Shown one piece after another: positions 1-7,295 of a stretch of 48,704 nucleotides of DNA. Position numbers and translations under genes: made by a program. The notes below the pieces were generated by a model. That model saw only the letters and a list, made by a program, of their open reading frames with translations. It made no database searches and was not told the origin of the DNA. The stretch comes from a bacterium (lineage in GTDB: Bacteria; Patescibacteriota; WWE3; JBDRAO01). Where the stretch lies: positions 1 to 48,704 of the forward strand of contig JBDRAO010000024.1 of assembly GCA_043823645.1 (NCBI GenBank), read 5' to 3'. Every line of letters begins with the position of its first letter. Position 1 is the first letter of the stretch.

Positions 1-78
1 AACAAGTTGCCGGAGACAAATTCCCGTGTGGAAAAGTTTGCCTTAGGCGAGCTATCCGGGTCAACTGACCGTCTCTAA
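1..78 (+). CDS. 3' end of an unidentified CDS entering from the left edge (partial)
   Basis: Frame 1 is open from base 1 to TAA at 76-78 (NKLPETNSRVEKFALGELSGSTDRL*). The stop lies in a hairpin (accgtc/gacggt) followed by a T-run. Too short to identify. Confidence 0.25.
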   Translation, partial: NKLPETNSRVEKFALGELSGSTDRL

Positions 79-139
79 CAGGACGGTTATTTTGTTGACA
101 AACATCCCAAAAAATGATACATTGAGCTTAATATCACTA

Positions 140-166
140 CCCCGGGGTAAAACCCGGGGCTTTTTC
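140..166 (+). terminator. Intrinsic terminator-like hairpin
   Basis: ccccgggg-taaaa-cccgggg stem-loop followed directly by cttttt. Confidence 0.5.
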
Positions 167-250
167 TGCCTGACTCATATGTGCTCGATATCCGACCTTT
201 ATCAAACCTATCCTCTTGATGTTATCTTTGTCTAAAGTGAATTTTTCCAT

Positions 251-306
251 AAAATTAAAGATTAAAGAGCAAAAAGCAAAAACACAAAGCAAAAATTAAA
301 AAACAG
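251..306. repeat. Rep-F copy 1 (A/G-rich: aaaattaaagattaaagagcaaaaagcaaa...)
   Basis: Shares aaaattaaagattaaaRagcaaaRagcaaa with 8927-8962. Lies just past the stop of the 311-700 gene. The opposite flank (705-757) is the T/C-rich inverse. Confidence 0.6.
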
Positions 307-310
307 AAAC

Positions 311-700
311 CTAACGTCTTTTCTTTAGTGTTAGCATACTTGCCCCTAAGATATTCGCCAGTTCGCAAGTTTCTGAATATAGGTTGTCTAATTTCGCCCC
401 TATGTTACTTTCGCCAACTGAATCTCTTGTCAGCGAAATCCAAAATTTTGACTCATTAGCGCTCTTGAGTGCGTGGCTCAAGAAATTGGTGAAATCTCGT
501 TTTGAACTGCCCGCCTGGGCTTCCACAACATTTGCCCCCACAGATGTTGCTGAACGCAAGAGTTGTTTTCCCAATGTTTGGTAGATATAATCTCTGGGCA
601 GAATTCTCAAAACGGCAATAACATCCAAGGCATACTTCTTGGATCGCTGCTCAAAGTTAAGATTGCTATTTCTTTTTTCTGGATTGTTGTTGACTTCCAT
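311..700 (-). CDS. Four-helix-bundle protein (23S rRNA intervening-sequence protein family)
   Basis: 129 aa. GKQLLRSATSVGANVVEAQAGSSKRDF...SANESKFW matches the family pattern QlxRaaxSixaNIaEG...s.kdf...E. Confidence 0.75.
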   Translation of the reverse strand: MEVNNNPEKRNSNLNFEQRSKKYALDVIAVLRILPRDYIYQTLGKQLLRSATSVGANVVEAQAGSSKRDFTNFLSHALKSANESKFWISLTRDSVGESNIGAKLDNLYSETCELANILGASMLTLKKRR

Positions 701-704
701 TTTT

Positions 705-757
705 TTTTTCTTTACTCTACATTTTTACTCTTTTCTCTTTACTCTTTACTCTTTTTA
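705..757. repeat. Rep-F-like T/C-rich arm (ctttactcttttctctttactctttactc)
   Basis: Its reverse complement is aaagagtaaagagtaaagagaaaagagtaaa. This is an imperfect inverted partner of 251-306 across the four-helix-bundle gene. Confidence 0.5.
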
Positions 758-3664
758 AGGGCAGCAGGGTGTATCCACCCCCACACTACACGGATCCACC
801 AAACTTCCTTTATACCTCACCTCGAAGTGTAAGTGATTTCCGGTGGTATTGGTACCGGTGTTGTTTACAAAAGCCACCGCCTGGCCAGGGTAAACAGTGT
901 CGCCTTTTTTTACTGCGTTGCTCTCCAAGTGCCTAAAGGTTACCTCGTACTCACCGCTTTTTAAAGTAACATATATACCACCCTGGCGCGTGCTACCCAA
1001 GTCCGCCACCGTAGCCTCACCCGGAAAGGGAGATTTAACCGGGGTTTTATACGGCACTGCCACATCAACTCCTTGGTGGGCATAGGGGGTACAAATACCA
1101 AAAGCAGTACAAGTCTCCCGCGGCGCTCCATATTCTCCCAAAGGAGGGCACACCCCTCCCGCAACAGGCGGCAGGGTGGGCGGCAAACCGGCCGGAGGAG
1201 ACCCCACCATAATGCTGGCCTGGCCGGAGGTGGTTACCGTATCTCCTGCCGACGTGCTTACACTTAGAGTAAGAACATTCACCACTAAGGAGTCGTTCAG
1301 CGAGCCGTTGGCGGGCACTAAAAAGGGGTAATCGAAGCTAAAGGTATCTCCCTTTGCCAAAGCTGGAGGCAGGGCAGGTGAGGCAAAGGAACCCAGCGAA
1401 ACCGAGCCCAAGGCGCTGTGCATGGTAATTTCGTCCGATGCGGTAAGATTGGCAATATCATCGTTGGCAGTAATGGTTACAGTGTAGGTTACCGGGGTTT
1501 CGGTGTCGTTGGGGACGCTAGTAATTGAAGCGCTTTTCGCCACCTGTACATATGCCGACGCCGGAGGGCCGGAAGGCCCAATGGCCGGACCGTGGGGCCC
1601 GTAATCAAAAAAAGCTGAACCCACTACCATAACAACTATAAAAATAGGGAAACCAACCATAAAAACCAAACACCCGCATCCGGCTATGAGACACCCTCTA
1701 ACAGTATCAGAATCATCGCTTTCGCCTCTAACACCTTTCCACACCCATTTGACAGTTTTTTCAAAAATCCAAGAAGCCACCGCGCCAATAGCGGCCATTA
1801 TGGCACTCCCTACCGGCGTGGCCACAAAGGCCGCAAAGGCCGAGGCTATCCCAAGAAGCACTTTGGGTAATGTTCTAAACCCTTGCCGCGCCAAATTAGT
1901 AGCCAACACTCGCATCCAGCTGGTAGCCGCTCCTGTCCAGGTGACAAAACCGCCCTGCCAAAATTTGATACCTTTTAAAAGCCAGGGGAATTTCCGCTTG
2001 AGGTAGGCGAAAAGCTTTTTTTGTAGAGCATCTAAATACCTCCCCACAAAAGTCAGAAAACCCATCCTCAAATCATTTAACGATTTGGCGTTGATAGCCA
2101 TTAGAAAGTTGTACCACTCGGCGGGGGGTATTTTTAGCCTTTGCAGTTCGGGAATTACCTGTGTAATGAAAAAGTCGATCTCAGCCTGGGTAAGTCCAAA
2201 CATTGGACCCATATTTCTTAGTAGGTGCGGAGGGGTGGTAAGTAGGGCGTTAATTTTTTGGGCTCTTATACCCGCGTTGGCAATACGGTGCGGCCCAAAT
2301 GTGTAATAGTTAGCGAAACCAATTTTCCTGTGAGCGATGCCTTTTACCGTGTTGATGCCATCCTTGTCAAAACCCAAAATAGCCCAAGCCGCCTTGAAAG
2401 GCTCGGCCCTAACTTTTTTTAACCCGTCCCACGCTTGCCTGAACTCAACATAAGCAAAGTTTTTTATGCCAAAATTGTTGTTCCAGGTACCGCTTAGGCC
2501 AAAATGCTTAACTTTTTTTAAGCCCTCCGCCACCCACCAGCCGGGGGTCAAGTACTTAACTTTTTGCATTATGCCAGCGGGCATAAAAGGAGCGTAACGC
2601 CTTGCCAAAGTGCTTATCCAAAGATAGCTCCTAATAACCGATTTGCTCTCAATATTCTTAATAAGCTCGGTAAACAGATGCTGATTCTCCCTGAACATCA
2701 GCATATCTTGAAGACCAAACAAGGCCTCCATATCGGGAGATATCAAACCCCGCAAGTCTTTCCTCACCCTCTGGGCCTCTCGCCACATCTCCCACAAAAG
2801 CCGATCCATTTCGTTTTTAACATCTGCCAGTTGGCTGTTGAGGCTTAACGCCTCGCCCAACCTGCTTAAATCTCCCTTCAAAAGAGCCTCTTCCACCTCT
2901 TTAACTTGGTTAGTTAAACCCTGTGCTGTTACATACCCACCCACATTGAATTGGTCCCCAAGCTGTGATTTTAGGGTGGCATAGCGAGTCCTGATACTCT
3001 TTAGATTCTGCACCGCCGGATTGTTTAAAAAGGCCGTGGCGCCGCTGTGCTGAATACCAGCATCAAAAAGAGCATCCACCCAATGCTCTTGAACATTTAT
3101 AAATTTTGGAACTCTGTCGGAGAAAGACTTGGAATAGCTTACCCAATCTACAACATCCTCCCCTAGCTTCTTGAGAGAAGTCTGAAGTGAGCCTCTGCCT
3201 TTGGCTTTCCATTTGCCAGTAATAGGATCCTTTTCAAAAATCGCAAGGTTTGCAGGAAAGCCGTTTGAGCCGCGCATCATAGGTAACCAAACCTCTTCCC
3301 GCTCTACCATTACCGAAAGATCGTCCCACGAAAACACTGACTGCACCCACTCCTTACCTGTCTTTTTGACCATCTCCCAAACCCCCTCTTTCTGCCACTC
3401 CCTGGGATCAAGCGTAATGCCAATTCCCAAAGCTCCGGGCAACTCTTCATATTCCTCTTCGGTGGGTTGAAAGGTAGCATCGGTTTTTTCCTTATAGCGG
3501 GCCTTGAGGGCTAAATCTAAATCCTTTTGGAGCTGTTTTTTAATCTGGGCAGGGATATTAACAGCCCCGGCAAAATACTCGCCAAGCTGCTGTTCCATTG
3601 TCTCCAAATCTTCCGGGGATCGATATCGTTTATAGGGTTTTTTGCCTTTTTTTCCCTGGGCCAT
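755..3664 (-). CDS. Large membrane protein with C-terminal M23 (LytM) peptidase; candidate T4SS-associated cell-wall hydrolase
   Basis: 969 aa. About 560 aa of soluble N-terminal region, then hydrophobic helices (LLGIASAFAAFVATPVGSAIMAAIGAV; CLVFMVGFPIFIVVMVVGSAFF). Next an Ig-like stretch (PVTYTVTITANDD), then M23 motifs HQGVD and GNHLHFEV. Confidence 0.7.
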   Translation of the reverse strand: MAQGKKGKKPYKRYRSPEDLETMEQQLGEYFAGAVNIPAQIKKQLQKDLDLALKARYKEKTDATFQPTEEEYEELPGALGIGITLDPREWQKEGVWEMVKKTGKEWVQSVFSWDDLSVMVEREEVWLPMMRGSNGFPANLAIFEKDPITGKWKAKGRGSLQTSLKKLGEDVVDWVSYSKSFSDRVPKFINVQEHWVDALFDAGIQHSGATAFLNNPAVQNLKSIRTRYATLKSQLGDQFNVGGYVTAQGLTNQVKEVEEALLKGDLSRLGEALSLNSQLADVKNEMDRLLWEMWREAQRVRKDLRGLISPDMEALFGLQDMLMFRENQHLFTELIKNIESKSVIRSYLWISTLARRYAPFMPAGIMQKVKYLTPGWWVAEGLKKVKHFGLSGTWNNNFGIKNFAYVEFRQAWDGLKKVRAEPFKAAWAILGFDKDGINTVKGIAHRKIGFANYYTFGPHRIANAGIRAQKINALLTTPPHLLRNMGPMFGLTQAEIDFFITQVIPELQRLKIPPAEWYNFLMAINAKSLNDLRMGFLTFVGRYLDALQKKLFAYLKRKFPWLLKGIKFWQGGFVTWTGAATSWMRVLATNLARQGFRTLPKVLLGIASAFAAFVATPVGSAIMAAIGAVASWIFEKTVKWVWKGVRGESDDSDTVRGCLIAGCGCLVFMVGFPIFIVVMVVGSAFFDYGPHGPAIGPSGPPASAYVQVAKSASITSVPNDTETPVTYTVTITANDDIANLTASDEITMHSALGSVSLGSFASPALPPALAKGDTFSFDYPFLVPANGSLNDSLVVNVLTLSVSTSAGDTVTTSGQASIMVGSPPAGLPPTLPPVAGGVCPPLGEYGAPRETCTAFGICTPYAHQGVDVAVPYKTPVKSPFPGEATVADLGSTRQGGIYVTLKSGEYEVTFRHLESNAVKKGDTVYPGQAVAFVNNTGTNTTGNHLHFEVRYKGSLVDPCSVGVDTPCCP

Positions 3665-3731
3665 TGATTACAAGATTATCAAAAATTTAACCAATTGACT
3701 AACAACCTGTCTTTGTGATATTTTTTGACCA

Positions 3732-5048
3732 ATGATTCTCAGCAAGCTCCGCCAAGCATTTATTATTGCCGTTTTCTCTCTTGTTATAATCTCTCCCTTT
3801 GGGAACCTTATCCCCAAAGCGTTTGCACAAACTGGGCCCGCCACAGCCGTAACCACTGCCTTAACCATCTGGGGACTGGTAAATTCGGACAATATGAATA
3901 TGCGGGAGTGGATTAAGGGCGCTTTTATAAGCTCGGTGGTAGAAATTGCCAATGAGGTAATTTTTGGCATGAACTCCGACGAGCTGGCTTTGTGTGAGGG
4001 CAACTGGGGCACTGGCAATTGTGTGCTCACCGTTGATGACTTAACAAAAAACAACGAGACTGAGAATAAACCCAACACCAAACCCACCGGCAGTGTGGTG
4101 CCACGGGCCGGCCTTTTAGCCTTTACCGCCCAAACCACCCGTGATATCTCCATGGCCAAACCTCCTCTTAACTTGGCTCTTTACATAGATGATGTGGCTT
4201 CGCAAAGTATCTTTTTCCCGGCCGGAACTGCTCAAGCCGGTTTTGTTCGAGATATCTTTATAGGAGCCCACACCATAGTGGACGCGGTGGCGCAAGATGT
4301 TTTCGAAGGAGTGGTTCTAAAACTTTGGAAGCAGAGCCGCAATGTGGCTTACTTTTTCTTTATTGTGGTGATGATAGTGGGAGGCTTTATGATTATGTTT
4401 AACCGCCAAATTGAGCCCCGCACGGCCGTAACAGTCCAATATCTCCTACCTAGGGTAGTTTTGGGTCTTTTGGGAGTCACTTTTAGCTATGCCATTGTGT
4501 CTTTTGGGGTGCAGATGGCTCATGTTTTGCAGTTTTTGGGTTATGCGCTTATTGAAAATATGGTACCCGATCTTCTTACCGGAGGCAGCCCACTCTACGC
4601 AATGCTCAATGTTTTACTGGCGCTTTTCCCCCCGGTTACTCTCTTCTATGTATTTATAACACTGGTGGTCCTGCTGGCCATTATCTTTACCGCCTTTGCG
4701 TTCTTCTTTGCCACCATTTCTCGTTTTGTAAAATTGGTTCTGCTGGCAGTGGTGGGCCCGTTGGTTATTGCTTGGGGCAGTCTGCCTGGGCAGGAAGAAG
4801 CCATCACCAACTGGTTTAAGGGGGTGCTTTCCAATGTGGTGGCCATTCCGGCCATGTTCACAGTGTTCTGGCTAGGCTGGGCTATCCTTGTTACCAGCAC
4901 CTTTGCCGCTCCCAACCCCTTGTCCTTCTTTATTTCCCTTATTTTGGGCGCTGGCCTTATGTGGCAGGCCAGAAAAATGCCCAAGGTAATAGATGCCGCT
5001 CTGGGAGCTCCAGAGTTTTACATTCCCGGAAGAGTTAAAAAGAAATAA
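3732..5048 (+). CDS. Polytopic membrane protein, VirB6/TrbL-like (candidate T4SS channel subunit)
   Basis: 438 aa. Signal-like N-terminus (FSLVIISPFGNLIPKAFAQ) and at least 6 hydrophobic helices in the C-terminal half. Divergent from the M23 protein. The assignment rests on architecture and context only. Confidence 0.4.
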   Translation: MILSKLRQAFIIAVFSLVIISPFGNLIPKAFAQTGPATAVTTALTIWGLVNSDNMNMREWIKGAFISSVVEIANEVIFGMNSDELALCEGNWGTGNCVLTVDDLTKNNETENKPNTKPTGSVVPRAGLLAFTAQTTRDISMAKPPLNLALYIDDVASQSIFFPAGTAQAGFVRDIFIGAHTIVDAVAQDVFEGVVLKLWKQSRNVAYFFFIVVMIVGGFMIMFNRQIEPRTAVTVQYLLPRVVLGLLGVTFSYAIVSFGVQMAHVLQFLGYALIENMVPDLLTGGSPLYAMLNVLLALFPPVTLFYVFITLVVLLAIIFTAFAFFFATISRFVKLVLLAVVGPLVIAWGSLPGQEEAITNWFKGVLSNVVAIPAMFTVFWLGWAILVTSTFAAPNPLSFFISLILGAGLMWQARKMPKVIDAALGAPEFYIPGRVKKK

Positions 5049-5067
5049 ATGTGCAGACGCAAAAGTT

Positions 5068-5128
5068 AAAGGGCCAGCCGAGCAGTGAGTAACACCGGTG
5101 GTGTACTACTTACTCGGTTGGCCCTTTG
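5068..5128. terminator. Bidirectional hairpin between convergent genes
   Basis: Arm aaagggccagccgag pairs with ctcggttggcccttt across about 30 nt. It sits between the stops at 5048 (+) and 5140 (-). Confidence 0.5.
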
Positions 5129-5139
5129 TGGCGCAACCT

Positions 5140-5658
5140 CTAGAGGTGAATTTCTCCCTCAATGAGGTTGGTGCCACGGTGCTGGAGTCTGAATTTCGTG
5201 CCGTCTGGCACAGGACTCCACACACCCATTGCGAGCGGCGTCCAGGCCCCGGCGGGGGGCTGGATCTCGAAGAAATTGAATGGCGCCACCTGTTGCAGGT
5301 GGACACCCCCAGGGGCCAGGTTCAACAGCAAGTGCCCCCCACTTGCAAGCCGCCTCATGTTCTGGTCATTTGCGATCCCTGCGAAGGTTTCGCGTCCGAT
5401 CGTTACGGCGCCAATGTTTGGTAGGTCGACACCCAGGTTACCCGCGGCCGCGTCGGCCGGGTTCTTCTTGACCCACAGGTACGGCCCACGGGCCAGAACC
5501 GCGGTTATGTCCGCTGGATCGGGCGGGGCGAGCACCGGGGTCGTGGTCGCAACTGTGCGAGTGCGCCGGCCAGCCACTATATAGGCTGTAACTCCCGCCA
5601 GCAGCACCACCAACAAAACGATCGCCAGAAAAGCCCCCAATGTCAAGGCAAGTTCCAT
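5140..5658 (-). CDS. Membrane-anchored FHA-like domain protein in a GC-rich islet
   Basis: The ORF track starts at 5691, but ATG 5658 (MELALTLGAFLAIVLLVVLLAG...) follows AAGGAGG with a 5-nt spacer. One TM helix, then VTIGRETFAGIANDQNMRRLASGGHLLL...PVPDGTKFRL, which resembles the FHA pattern (tiGR...vSr.Ha...dGd.i.lG). Confidence 0.5.
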   Translation of the reverse strand: MELALTLGAFLAIVLLVVLLAGVTAYIVAGRRTRTVATTTPVLAPPDPADITAVLARGPYLWVKKNPADAAAGNLGVDLPNIGAVTIGRETFAGIANDQNMRRLASGGHLLLNLAPGGVHLQQVAPFNFFEIQPPAGAWTPLAMGVWSPVPDGTKFRLQHRGTNLIEGEIHL

Positions 5659-5743
5659 TTCTTCCTCCTTCTTTTTTTTGCCCTTAGGCATTTTTTGAAA
5701 CCGGTAAAAAGGCTAAACTCTCTGCCGGGTCCAAAAAAACCGA

Positions 5744-5795
5744 GGCTGGCGCAGGCGATCAAAGCGTAAAAGATAAACGAAGCGCCTGCACCAGC
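5744..5795 (-). terminator. Intrinsic terminator (minus strand)
   Basis: ggctggcgcaggcg pairs with cgcctgcaccagcc (1 mismatch). On the minus strand it is followed by tcggttttttt. Confidence 0.5.
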
Positions 5796-5810
5796 CGGAA
5801 AAAAACCAAA

Positions 5811-5862
5811 CCTTTCCCAAAGCCCAACCCGGAGACTGAAACAAAAATGGGTTTGGGAAAGG
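5811..5862 (-). terminator. Intrinsic terminator (minus strand), tandem to the previous one
   Basis: cctttcccaaagccca pairs with tgggtttgggaaagg. On the minus strand it is followed by tttggttttttt. Confidence 0.5.
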
Positions 5863-6135
5863 TGAAAAAAATGAGATTTTACACTCCCGTCCTTGGCGCC
5901 TGCCAGTTTTTTTGGCGCCGCGGTTTAATTTTACGGGAGTTGGTGCGTCCGGCTCATTTGCCGGAAGGCCAAAAAGGGCCCATTTTTCGCACCTTGAGGA
6001 AAAAATCTTTCCTCATCTTCTAATTTCATTATACCCAAAAAACTATAACCTGTCAAGCGACTATAAGTTGCCTTTTGAAAGCAACAAGGAAGAAACTTTC
6101 AAATTTCCCCTTTGTTAGTTTCAAAATTCCCACTT

Positions 6136-6163
6136 TGTACCAATGATTTAAATCACTGGTACA
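6136..6163. promoter_or_regulatory. 28-bp near-perfect palindrome (operator-like)
   Basis: tgtaccaatgatttaaatcactggtaca is symmetric about tttaaa with one mismatch, in a non-coding gap. Confidence 0.3.
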
Positions 6164-6326
6164 GGTATGTATGTTATACTTAACTTGGTTAGGTTCACCT
6201 AACCTGGTGGACGGCGAGCTGTTTTGGCAGTTCAGGTTGTGCCAATCGGTAGGCCCCAATTGAGCTCTTCCTGTAAGGCTTGTTTTGAGCCAGCGAAGGA
6301 GGGGCTTTTTTGTATTCCCCACCATT

Positions 6327-6350
6327 ATCCAACTATTCGAATAGTTGGAT
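6327..6350. repeat. Rep-E copy 1: perfect 24-bp palindrome atccaactattcgaatagttggat
   Basis: Perfect palindrome read directly. Near-copies occur at 14242-14265 and 20258-20278. Confidence 0.8.
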
Positions 6351-6642
6351 AGTACTGGCTACCTACCAAACCAAACAAAAAATGCTCCGGAAAGAGACAA
6401 TCCCCCAATAAACTCGGGACAGCCCTCACCGCAGCTTTTGCATTAAACTGTTTGCGGTAGGTCTCTCCTTTCTCATCCTATGCTTATATTGTAGCAACTT
6501 ATAGCCCAAAAAGCAAGCGGCAACCTAAAGCCCATGTATTTCTGTACAATTATGCAATCGGAATGCAAGACTGTTAGCCACCATTTTTGGAACTTGACTT
6601 CCAAGAAAATGAGGCAAAAATCAAGCCACTGTGTTGGCCTGC

Positions 6643-6671
6643 TTGATATTTTAGTCACACTAGGCTAATAT
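6643..6671 (+). promoter_or_regulatory. Sigma70-like promoter placed for a leaderless transcript
   Basis: TTGATA, 17 nt, TAATAT, then 7 nt to ATG at 6679. No Shine-Dalgarno sequence is possible. Confidence 0.4.
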
Positions 6672-6678
6672 ACCCTCA

Positions 6679-6879
6679 ATGAAAATTATCTCTTACCAAA
6701 ATCTCCAAAAAAAATACGGCGGCATGTTCGTAGCCTTTCCCCAAAAAGGCAAGACTCGGGTCGTGGCCGCAGGCAAAACTGCAGGCGCTCTCTTTAAGAA
6801 ACTCAAAGAGAAAAATCAATACCAAAAGCCTCACACTTTTGAGTACATCACACCCAAAGATGCCCTCTGCGCTTTTTAA
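6679..6879 (+). CDS. DUF5678-like small protein
   Basis: 66 aa. YGGMFVAFPQKGKTRVVAAGKTAGALFKKL fits the short domain usually found just upstream of retropepsin-like proteases. Confidence 0.5.
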   Translation: MKIISYQNLQKKYGGMFVAFPQKGKTRVVAAGKTAGALFKKLKEKNQYQKPHTFEYITPKDALCAF

Positions 6880-7279
6880 ATTTCCCTACCAGCCCAAAGC
6901 CACCCTCCACTACGGTGAGATTCCCGACCCTAGGATTACTGTGTATCTCAAAAGCCTTTTCGGCTTCGAGCCAGTGACAATGCTGGCAGATACCGGAGCT
7001 GATGTGAGCATGTTACCCCGTTCTTGGGCCAAGCGCCTTGGCATTAAGCTTTCTACCCTCAAAAGCCACAATATTTTGGTAGCTTCCGGCAAAGAGATTA
7101 AAGTTTACCGCGGCGAAATTACTCTGAAATTTCGCCAAAAATCGCCAGAGATAACAATCCCCTGTACCTTTACCGCCTCCGACCAAACGCCGCTCCTTCT
7201 AGGCAGAGTAGGAATTTTCCATCGTTTTAGCCTCAAATTCTCCCACACTTCCAAAGCTCTATTAATATTTGACAAATAA
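6839..7279 (+). CDS. Retropepsin-like (clan AA) aspartic protease
   Basis: Active-site motif LADTGADVSMLP and a late LLLGRVG. The start may be ATG 6860 (MPSALFKF). Overlaps the upstream ORF in another frame. Confidence 0.65.
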   Translation: MSTSHPKMPSALFKFPYQPKATLHYGEIPDPRITVYLKSLFGFEPVTMLADTGADVSMLPRSWAKRLGIKLSTLKSHNILVASGKEIKVYRGEITLKFRQKSPEITIPCTFTASDQTPLLLGRVGIFHRFSLKFSHTSKALLIFDK

Positions 7280-7295
7280 TTCCTACTCGGGAAAG

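Noticed and set aside
95-166. TTGACA, 17 nt, TACATT promoter-like hexamers (95-123) feeding directly into the terminator hairpin at 140-166, i.e. a possible tiny sRNA.
   Set aside because: The predicted transcript would be only about 35 nt and consist of little more than the terminator. The hexamers may be a chance match in AT-rich DNA, and there is no supporting conservation or structure.
3668-4159. 163-aa ORF on the minus strand overlapping the 5' part of the VirB6-like gene.
   Set aside because: It is fully antisense to a better-supported membrane-protein gene. It has no RBS and no motifs, and its composition is typical of a shadow ORF.
5098-5584. Three plus-strand ORFs (108, 140 and 63 aa) inside the GC-rich islet.
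   Set aside because: High-GC DNA opens long spurious frames. They are Arg/Pro/Gly-rich, mutually overlapping and antisense to the gene that has a strong RBS and a TM-plus-domain architecture.
6180-6312. Possible SRP RNA, tRNA or tmRNA in the structured stretch ggttaggttcacctaacc...ggaggggctttttt.
   Set aside because: No GGAA/AGCAGC SRP domain-IV motif, no tRNA cloverleaf with a 7-nt T-loop, and no tmRNA or RNase P conserved blocks (GAGGAAAGTCC) could be found by eye. It is kept only as an unassigned structured region.
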